From contig JAZQYA010000015.1 in assembly GCA_045633245.1 (NCBI GenBank), positions 1 to 63,363 of the forward strand: DNA of 63,363 nt. Reading direction: 5' to 3'. This DNA is from Candidatus Onthoplasma sp. GTDB taxonomy: Bacteria > Bacillota > Clostridia > Christensenellales > UBA1242. The notes beneath the pieces were generated by a model. That model was not told the origin of the DNA. It worked only from the letters and a program-made list of their open reading frames with translations, and did no database searches. Positions 56,650 to 63,363 of the stretch are shown here, in pieces; the first letter of the stretch is position 1, and every line of letters begins with the position of its first letter. The position numbers were made by a program, and so were the translations under genes.

Positions 56650-58488
56650 ATGGCAATAAATCTTTTAAATGCAATGATAATTAATAGAATTTCTGCTGGA
56701 GAAGTGGTAGAAAGTCCTTTTTCAATTGTAAAAGAATTAATTGACAACTCTTTAGATGCTGGCGCAACAAAAATTGTTGTTGAAATAAAAAACGGCGGAG
56801 TAGATCAAATATCTGTAAAAGATAATGGATCCGGTATTGAAAAAGATGATATTATTAAGGCATTCCTACCACATGCAACAAGCAAAATCAAAGATGTTGA
56901 AGATTTGGAAGCCATAGAAACTCTTGGTTTTAGAGGAGAGGCTTTGGCCAGCATTTCAAATGTGAGCCAAACCAATTTAACAACTAAAATTCAATCAGAA
57001 GATTGTGCATATTATTTAGAAGTAAATGGTGGTGATTTTGGTGAAATTCAAGCCACAGTGAGCGAAAATGGAACAAAAATAGAGGTAAACAATCTTTTCT
57101 TTAACACTCCTGCTCGTAGAAAATTTTTGCGCAAACCAAAGCAGGAAGAAAATCAAATAACAAATGTTATCACAAGATATATTTTAGCAAATCCATCTGT
57201 TTCTTTTAAATATATTGTTGACAACAAAACAATATATCAAACAAACGGATCAAAAATATTAGATGCAATATCTTGCGTATATGGTTTAGAGACACCACAA
57301 AACTTAATATATATTGAAAAAGAAATAAATAATGTAAAAGTTTCTGGCTATGTCTCAAAAATTGGTTTTAGCAAACCTAATACCACATACCAAACCTTAA
57401 TTCTTAATGGACGATACGTTATTGATGAAATTGTATCAAAAGCTTGTTATATGGCTTTTGAAGAATATTTAATGCCTAGACAGTTTCCTATGTATATTTT
57501 AAATTTAACTATGCCAGCGATTGATGTTGATGTTAATGTGCATCCAAGCAAAATGAACATTAAATTTTCTAATCCGAGCAAGATTTATGATCTGATTTAT
57601 CAAGCAGTTAGATCTTCAATTTACGATCAATTAAATCCTAAATCAGAAATAAACATAAACGAAGCTAATGTTGAAAAACAGCCGCAACAGCATTTAATTC
57701 AAACAAATTTATCATCACTTCAAGAAATAGAAATTGAGCCAACTAATATTATTGGCTCAGTAACCAACACCGTTTCATTAAAACAAAATGCGTATTCTCC
57801 TATGACAATTTTCGATTTACCTATTGAAAATGAGAAAAAAATAACCCATAAAGACATTTCTGAAGAAATTAAACCTCAACCAGAATCAAAAGATTATATT
57901 GAAGTAACTCGTTTACCAGATTTTAAAATAATAGGTGAAATTTTTAATGAATTTATTATCTTGGAAAAGGGTGAAAATATGTTTTTAATGGATTTTCATG
58001 CTGGGCATGAACGCCTAAATTATGATAAGTTCACAAAGATGATTGAAAATAGAGATGTTGTCATTCAAGATTTGCTAATTCCTTATACGCAAGAATTAAC
58101 AGAAAACGAAGTACATTACATTGTTGGTTTTAAAGATAAATTGCAAGAACTTGGCTTTGAAATTGATCAATTTACCGATAAAAAAATAATTATCCATTCA
58201 ATACCAATGCAACTAAAAGATATTAATCTTAAAAACTTTATTGACGACTTATTGCATGATATGAAAAATTTAAATCCTAGTATGAATAATGAGATTAAAC
58301 ATTATTTAATGCAAAAAGCCTGCAAGAGTAGTGTGAAATCAGGAATGTCTTTAACTGAATTTGAAATTCAAGAATTGTTAAAAAATCTCGATGAAAACCA
58401 TCCTGTTTTACTATGCCCACACGGAAGACCTGTTATAACTGCAATTTCAAAAAAACAAGTTGAAAAATGGTTTAAAAGGATTGTGTGA
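56650..58488 (+). CDS. mutL: DNA mismatch repair protein MutL
   Basis: GHKL ATPase N-terminus (IAAGEVVE-like ISAGEVVESP, DNGSGI, GFRGEAL); C-terminal endonuclease-type region. Confidence 0.95.
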   Translation: MAINLLNAMIINRISAGEVVESPFSIVKELIDNSLDAGATKIVVEIKNGGVDQISVKDNGSGIEKDDIIKAFLPHATSKIKDVEDLEAIETLGFRGEALASISNVSQTNLTTKIQSEDCAYYLEVNGGDFGEIQATVSENGTKIEVNNLFFNTPARRKFLRKPKQEENQITNVITRYILANPSVSFKYIVDNKTIYQTNGSKILDAISCVYGLETPQNLIYIEKEINNVKVSGYVSKIGFSKPNTTYQTLILNGRYVIDEIVSKACYMAFEEYLMPRQFPMYILNLTMPAIDVDVNVHPSKMNIKFSNPSKIYDLIYQAVRSSIYDQLNPKSEININEANVEKQPQQHLIQTNLSSLQEIEIEPTNIIGSVTNTVSLKQNAYSPMTIFDLPIENEKKITHKDISEEIKPQPESKDYIEVTRLPDFKIIGEIFNEFIILEKGENMFLMDFHAGHERLNYDKFTKMIENRDVVIQDLLIPYTQELTENEVHYIVGFKDKLQELGFEIDQFTDKKIIIHSIPMQLKDINLKNFIDDLLHDMKNLNPSMNNEIKHYLMQKACKSSVKSGMSLTEFEIQELLKNLDENHPVLLCPHGRPVITAISKKQVEKWFKRIV

Positions 58489-59378
58489 TGAAAGTTGTTA
58501 TTATTACAGGATTGACCGCATCGGGAAAGAGTGGGCTAGCGCTCAAAATTGCAAGAGAATTTAATGGGGAAATTATATCAGCCGATAGCGTTCAAATTTA
58601 TAAATGTTTAAACATTGGAAGCGCAAAAGAAAGCAAAGAAACGTTAACAAATATTAAGCATCACTTAATTGACATCAAGGATTTTAATGAAACCTATAAT
58701 GTTGGAGAATTCATTTCTGACACTGAAAAATCATTAGAATATATAAAATTTCGCAATAAATTACCAATAATTGTTGGTGGTACAGGTATGTACATTAAAG
58801 CGCTTTTAGAAGGTTATTCTTTGGGCGGAACAAGCGCAAATGATGAATTCCGTGCAAAATATCAGTTATTAGCTAAAGAAAAGGGCAATAAAGCAGTATG
58901 GGACAAATTAAATGATCTAAATCCAGAAAGAGCTAAAACTGTTCATCCAAATAACTTAAAAAGAGTGATAAGGTACCTAGAAATAGAAAATAATAATGAA
59001 GATTTAGCCAAAACAAAAAGCATATTAGAAAATTATGAAATTTTGTGTGTTGGCGTTGTTGAAGATAGAGAAATAATTTATTCAAAAATTAACGATAGAG
59101 TGGATAAGATGGTCCGTTTAGGGCTTGAAATGGAAGTTTCTGATTTATTTAGCAATGGTGCAACAAGAAACATGCAGGCATTCAACTCAATTGGATATAA
59201 AGAGTGGTTTGATTATTTTGATGGAAAACAAGATAGAGAAACAACCATAAATTTAATAAAACAACACACAAGAAACTATTGCAAACGTCAATTAACATTT
59301 TTAAAAACAATTAAAAATATTGATTTATGCTCTATTGAAGAGGCAGAGAATAAAATAAGGAGATTTTTAAATGATTAA
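58485..59378 (+). CDS. miaA: tRNA dimethylallyltransferase MiaA
   Basis: P-loop GLTASGKS; SADSVQIYK; GGTGMY. Confidence 0.9.
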   Translation: MMKVVIITGLTASGKSGLALKIAREFNGEIISADSVQIYKCLNIGSAKESKETLTNIKHHLIDIKDFNETYNVGEFISDTEKSLEYIKFRNKLPIIVGGTGMYIKALLEGYSLGGTSANDEFRAKYQLLAKEKGNKAVWDKLNDLNPERAKTVHPNNLKRVIRYLEIENNNEDLAKTKSILENYEILCVGVVEDREIIYSKINDRVDKMVRLGLEMEVSDLFSNGATRNMQAFNSIGYKEWFDYFDGKQDRETTINLIKQHTRNYCKRQLTFLKTIKNIDLCSIEEAENKIRRFLND

Positions 59379-60609
59379 CATAGATACCGCAGCAATTGAA
59401 CTCATAAATAAATGTGAGAAAATTTGTGAATCTAAATTTAAAGAGATTGAAGAAATTGAATTTCAAAATCAACTTAAAGTGTTAAACGCTTTTAACAAGC
59501 ATGAGATTCAATCTTATCATTTTATTGGAAGCACAGGGTATGGTCATAATGATATCGGAAAAGAAAAGATATCTCAAGTTTTTGCAAGTATTTTTAATAC
59601 AGAAGAAGCGTTTGTTAGCCCTTTGATTAGTTGTGGAACAGAAGCAATTAGTCAATCTTTATTCGGAATTTTGCGACCAGGAGATACAATGCTCTGCATC
59701 TCTGGAACTCCTTATGACACCTTAAAAAACATTATCTACGGAGTGGAGGGAAAAGATATCGGCTCTCTTAAAGATTATAACATTAACTACTATGAAGTTG
59801 ATTTAGTTGATAATGATTTTGATATTCCTTCAATTATAGCCAAAATAAAGGCATTAAACCCTAAAATGCTATATATTCAACGCTCACGTGGTTATTCGTT
59901 GAGAAACGCACTAAACATATCTCAAATTGAACGTGTTATTAAAGCAGTAAAAGAAGTAACAAATGCTTATATTGTGGTAGATAATTGTTATGGTGAATTC
60001 ACTGAAAAATTAGAGCCAACCGACGTTGGTGCAGACCTTGTTATTGGATCCCTTCTTAAAAATATGGGTGGGGGAATCGCCCCAACAGGAGGTTACATTG
60101 TAGGTAAAAGTGAACTTGTTGAACTGATCACATATAAAATGATGAGTCCAGCTCTAGGAGCAGATAACGGGTCTTATGAGCCTGGCTATAAAGCGTTTTT
60201 TGAAGGAGTCTTTGTTTCACCGCATATTGTCGCTCAGGCAAAGAAATTAGTCATTTTAACAAGCGCTGTTATGCAAGAACTTGGATACAAAACTGTTCCA
60301 AACCTTAATGATACTTTATCAGATATTGTTTGTTGTATTCAATTTAATGATAAAAACAAACTTATAGAATTTACTAGAGCTATTCAATATTCAAGCGCAG
60401 TTGACAGCAACACAACGTTAATTGCAGGAGAAATGGATGGTTATGAAGATAAAATCATAATGGCTAGCGGAAGTTTTAATCAAGGTAGTTCAATAGAACT
60501 TAGTTGTGATGGTCCAATGCGAGAGCCATATGCTGGTTTCTTGCAAGGTTGCTTAAGCTATCAACACGGAAAAATTGGTTTAATGAATGCAATTAAAACA
60601 TTAATCTAG
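59371..60609 (+). CDS. methionine gamma-lyase-like / aluminium-resistance family protein (YnbB-like)
   Basis: 412 aa PLP-fold protein (..GSLLKNMGGGIAPTGGY..); family assignment from overall pattern and position after miaA. Confidence 0.7.
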   Translation: MINIDTAAIELINKCEKICESKFKEIEEIEFQNQLKVLNAFNKHEIQSYHFIGSTGYGHNDIGKEKISQVFASIFNTEEAFVSPLISCGTEAISQSLFGILRPGDTMLCISGTPYDTLKNIIYGVEGKDIGSLKDYNINYYEVDLVDNDFDIPSIIAKIKALNPKMLYIQRSRGYSLRNALNISQIERVIKAVKEVTNAYIVVDNCYGEFTEKLEPTDVGADLVIGSLLKNMGGGIAPTGGYIVGKSELVELITYKMMSPALGADNGSYEPGYKAFFEGVFVSPHIVAQAKKLVILTSAVMQELGYKTVPNLNDTLSDIVCCIQFNDKNKLIEFTRAIQYSSAVDSNTTLIAGEMDGYEDKIIMASGSFNQGSSIELSCDGPMREPYAGFLQGCLSYQHGKIGLMNAIKTLI

Positions 60610-60635
60610 AAAGAGCAATAAAAGCTCTTTTTTTA
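60610..60635 (+). terminator. intrinsic terminator
   Basis: aaagagc aataaaa gctcttt plus T-run. Confidence 0.8.
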
Positions 60636-60712
60636 TGTTATCAATGATAGGTAGAGCAGAGTAAATAAATTAAAATAAAGTAAAATATCTCAACACACTA
60701 TGCAATTATTTC

Positions 60713-60896
60713 TGTGGACAAAAATGGAGCGGTGGAAAAGTTTATATTTATATCTTTGCGCAAAACTCTTCTTTTGCGCAAAGATAATACGTTTTTAATA
60801 AAAAATGCTGTGGAAATCCTGCGTTTTATCCACATAAACAATTTTATTAACTATATATTGACATATTTTGACAAACCAACCACCATATTGTCCACA
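60713..60896. promoter_or_regulatory. cluster of DnaA-box-like 9-mers
   Basis: perfect TTATCCACA at 60826-60834. TTGTCCACA at 60888-60896, and as tgtggacaa at 60713-60721. Weaker tgtggaaat at 60809-60817 and ggtggaaaa at 60731-60739. Confidence 0.55.
60751..60786. repeat. 15-bp perfect inverted repeat containing two TTTGCGCAAA palindromes
   Basis: tatctttgcgcaaaa ctcttc ttttgcgcaaagata; the 11-mer atatctttgcg recurs at 61342-61352. Confidence 0.85.
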
Positions 60897-60924
60897 TTGT
60901 TATTTTATATCTTATAAATCTGTT

Positions 60925-60965
60925 GTGAGACGCATTTTGAAGGTTTTGAATGAAGAATTATTCAT
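60925..60965 (+). repeat. ~42-bp repeat, copy 1 (opposite orientation to copies 2 and 3)
   Basis: the reverse complement atgaataattcttcattcaaaaccttcaaaatgcgtctcac aligns with copies 2 and 3. Confidence 0.7.
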
Positions 60966-61074
60966 GTATATTATTTAATTAAAAATAAAAAATAAAATAT
61001 TAAGTCACGCAAGTTTTCATGATTTTGTTACTTATTTGATTTTTTGATAATCGTATATAAATTTTTAAACTTTC

Positions 61075-61117
61075 AAATGAGTAATTGTTCATTTGATTTT
61101 TATTCAATGCGTCTCAG
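61075..61117 (-). repeat. ~42-bp repeat, copy 2
   Basis: aaatgagtaattgttcatttgatttttattcaatgcgtctcag. Confidence 0.7.
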
Positions 61118-61157
61118 CGCATTTTAGAAATTATACAATTCTTTATGAATTCTTTTA

Positions 61158-61200
61158 AAATGACTAATACTTCATTTACACCATTCAAAATCGCTCTCAC
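61158..61200 (-). repeat. ~42-bp repeat, copy 3
   Basis: aaatgactaatacttcatttacaccattcaaaatcgctctcac; 83 bp downstream of copy 2. Confidence 0.7.
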
Positions 61201-61380
61201 AGCATTTCATTTATTTAAATTGATCAATCTAGCATAAAATTTGTTAGTAAATACTTGAAATTATTATATTCAGATTATCACTCAAAATCTTATTTAAAAA
61301 ATAATGCTTTTTATATATTATTGGCATATTTAATAAAATGGATATCTTTGCGTAAAAAACCAACTATTAGATTTTAATGT

Positions 61381-61410
61381 AAAAAAGTCGGCAATTATCA
61401 CCGACTTTAA
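61381..61410 (-). terminator. intrinsic terminator after serS
   Basis: minus strand: aaagtcggtgataattgccgacttt followed by T6. Confidence 0.85.
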
Positions 61411-61415
61411 AAATG

Positions 61416-62702
61416 TTAATTTTTTGGTAAAATTTTGGTTTTTCCACCCATATATGGTTGCAATGCTTTTGGAATGTTTATTGAACCATCTTCGTTGTAA
61501 TTATTCTCTAATAACGCAATTAAACCACGAGGACTTGCCAAAACTGTGTTATTTAAAGTGTGAGGATAATACGTTCCATCTTCACCTTTCACTCTGATTC
61601 CAAGTCTGCGAGATTGCGCGTCTCCTAAGGTTGAACATGAACCAACTTCAAAGAATTTTTGTTGACGTGGACTCCATGCTTCAATGTCGCAAGATTTAAC
61701 TTTTAAATCAGCCAAATCACCAGTACAACAATCTAATTGACGCACAGGAATATCAAGATTTTGAAACACTTCAACTGTGTATTGCCACATTTTATTATAC
61801 CATTCCATGCTATCTTCTGGTTTACAAAGAACAATCATTTCTTGTTTTTCAAATTGGTGAACACGATAAATTCCCCTTTCTTCCAAACCATGTGCCCCAC
61901 CCTCTTTTCTAAAACATGGACTATATGAAGTTAATCTAATAGGAAGTTCAGCTTCCTTTATCATTTGATCTTTAAATCTACCAATCATTGAGTGTTCGCT
62001 TGTTCCAATGAGATATAAATCTTCACCTTCAATTTTATACATCATTGCGTCCATTTCTGCAAAACTCATAACACCTGTAACAACATCACTTCTGATCATA
62101 AATGGTGGAATTGCGTAAATGAAGCCTTTTTCAATCATATAATCTCTAGCATAAGCAATCATTGCTTCATGAATTCTTGCCGCATCACCTAATAAATAAT
62201 AGAAGCCTGAGCCACTTGTTCTTCCTGCACTTTCCTTGTCTAATCCATTAATTCTTTCCAAAATATCAGCATTATAAGGAATTTCATAAGCTGGAACTTT
62301 TGCTTCACCAAAACGCTGAACTTCCACATTTTCACTGTCATCACGACCAACCGGTACACTTTCGTCAACAATGTTTGGAATTATCATCATAATTTGCTTA
62401 ATTTTTGCTTCGATTTCTTCAACTTGAGCTTCAATTTGAGCAATACGTTCATTGTTTGCAATAACTTGAGCTTTGATAACATTGGCTTCTTCAACTCTTT
62501 TTTCTTTCATCAAAGCACCAACTTGATTAGACAAATTTTTTCTCATTGCACGCAAATTATCACCTTCTTGCTTGATTAGTCGCACTTCTTTATCAAGTTC
62601 AAAAACTTCGTCAACCAAAGGAAGTTTGCTGTCTTGAAATTTCTTTTTAATGTTATCTTTAACTAATTCTCTATTATTTCTTATTAAATTAATATCTATC
62701 AT
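61416..62702 (-). CDS. serS: serine--tRNA ligase
   Basis: 428 aa; N-terminal coiled-coil arm, class II motifs (FRKEGG..GLERGIYRVHQFEK, GSCST..D.QSRRL). Confidence 0.95.
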   Translation of the reverse strand: MIDINLIRNNRELVKDNIKKKFQDSKLPLVDEVFELDKEVRLIKQEGDNLRAMRKNLSNQVGALMKEKRVEEANVIKAQVIANNERIAQIEAQVEEIEAKIKQIMMIIPNIVDESVPVGRDDSENVEVQRFGEAKVPAYEIPYNADILERINGLDKESAGRTSGSGFYYLLGDAARIHEAMIAYARDYMIEKGFIYAIPPFMIRSDVVTGVMSFAEMDAMMYKIEGEDLYLIGTSEHSMIGRFKDQMIKEAELPIRLTSYSPCFRKEGGAHGLEERGIYRVHQFEKQEMIVLCKPEDSMEWYNKMWQYTVEVFQNLDIPVRQLDCCTGDLADLKVKSCDIEAWSPRQQKFFEVGSCSTLGDAQSRRLGIRVKGEDGTYYPHTLNNTVLASPRGLIALLENNYNEDGSINIPKALQPYMGGKTKILPKN

Positions 62703-62737
62703 ATTTTCTCCTTTCTAAGATTTTAGACATGGTTAAT

Positions 62738-62980
62738 AAAAAAATACCACCACTAAATTAATTAGAGGTGATATTTACCACTGTGCCACTCTATTTGAAT
62801 ATCTACATATTGTGTGATATGCAAAAATTCCACTCATTATGTTGCAAATTGTGCTATGCAACCAGCTCCGCATTACCAGATGTCTAAGAGGTAGATGCAT
62901 AAAGTTTTCATAATTTGCTTTCACCAACCGCAAACTCTCTAATACTTCCACTAAATGCTAGTCTCTATCATTGACATATT
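62738..62980 (-). promoter_or_regulatory. T-box leader (tRNA-sensing riboswitch) of serS
   Basis: minus strand: stem I elements (agtattagagag ... ggttggtgaaagc). The T-box-like sequence aatttagtggtggta overlaps the terminator aaatatcacc..ggtggtattt plus T7, just upstream of the SD. Confidence 0.7.
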
Positions 62981-63030
62981 AAACTATAATTAGTTTATCA
63001 AATATATATATTTTTTGTCAAGAAAATTTA

Positions 63031-63363
63031 TTAAATTTGACTAATTTCTTGTTGCAAAACTTCAACATTAACCAATTCGTCAAAGTTCGAATAAGTAACT
63101 TGTTCTTCTCTTGTTGAAATATCGTGTAAAGCATATTCAATTTCGCTGCTAATACTGTTTCTTTTAATACGAATAAAAAGTTGATTATCGTTAATGTATT
63201 TGATGATTTCTTTATCTAAATTGCTTACGTCAATTCCTAAATATTTCATATAAGTTGAAAAACTAGAATTAACATAAGTATTTTCCCTAATAGCTGTGCC
63301 ATTTTTGTTAATTGTTCCAATTTCGACATGAACTCGACCATTTCCCTTCACAAAAACATCTAA
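63031..63363 (-). CDS. hypothetical protein, 5'-truncated by the window edge
   Basis: the open frame continues upstream of the GTG at 63351 to the window end; no recognisable motifs. Confidence 0.4.
   Translation of the reverse strand, partial: LDVFVKGNGRVHVEIGTINKNGTAIRENTYVNSSFSTYMKYLGIDVSNLDKEIIKYINDNQLFIRIKRNSISSEIEYALHDISTREEQVTYSNFDELVNVEVLQQEISQI

Noticed and set aside
60714-60917. 67-aa GTG-initiated ORF in the gene-free region.
   Set aside because: There is no SD. It is composed of the DnaA boxes and the palindromic operator-like sequence, and its translation is of low complexity.
60925-61200. CRISPR array formed by the ~42-bp repeats.
   Set aside because: There are only three diverged copies, one of them inverted. 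Spacing is irregular, and there are no cas genes in the window.
60610-61415. Chromosomal origin (oriC), or a terminus/dif site, at the convergent + / - gene junction.
   Set aside because: oriC: there is no dnaA or dnaN nearby, and the flanking genes converge rather than diverge. dif: I found no convincing XerC/XerD-type 28-mer; the TTATGT-containing candidates at 60636 and 60831 fail the left-arm consensus. rpsT and the PBP gene are also on the minus strand earlier in the window, so the strand switch alone is not diagnostic.
1-63363. Alternative genetic code (UGA = Trp, Mollicutes-like), suggested by the very low GC content.
   Set aside because: Conserved genes are full length under the standard code. 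Trp positions are encoded by TGG (for example WCMPC, GRWA), and no in-frame TGA is needed to complete any gene.

Overview
This is an AT-rich (about 30% GC by eye) chromosomal window from a low-GC, spore-forming Firmicute, using the standard genetic code. Coding density is high and nearly all genes are on the + strand. Most of it is conserved housekeeping synteny. In order: rbgA-rnhB-yraN, rplS, comM-dprA-topA-trmFO-hslVU, tcdA-trxA and a nifS/nifU-like pair. Then ruvX, rpsB-tsf-frr-uppS-cdsA-rseP and rimP-nusA-ylxR-ylxQ-infB-rbfA-truB. Then efp, a complete spoIIIAA-AH operon, asp23-nusB-xseAB and proS. The window ends with comEC-holA, rpsT, murI, a class A PBP, miaB-mutS-mutL-miaA-ynbB and a T-box-controlled serS. 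The one clearly accessory region lies at about 38.9-45.9 kb. It holds two adjacent membrane proteins of unknown function and a compact integrated element: a 44-aa ORF, an HUH rolling-circle Rep-like protein and a large serine recombinase. This element is interspersed with four long, locally GC-rich imperfect palindromes. The whole 6.2-kb block appears to be bracketed by related ~80-bp sequences in inverted orientation. Four other points deserve a second look. A PolC N-terminus/OB/exonuclease-only protein sits where polC normally lies. Several genes have consensus promoters 5-6 nt upstream of the ATG with no Shine-Dalgarno, suggesting leaderless mRNAs. The IscU-like partner of NifS has lost the canonical cysteine ligands. 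An 0.8-kb gene-free region before serS contains a DnaA-box cluster, twin TTTGCGCAAA palindromes and three copies of a ~42-bp repeat. No CRISPR array, rRNA or recognisable defence operon was seen. All homology calls come from reading the motifs by eye, not from database searches.
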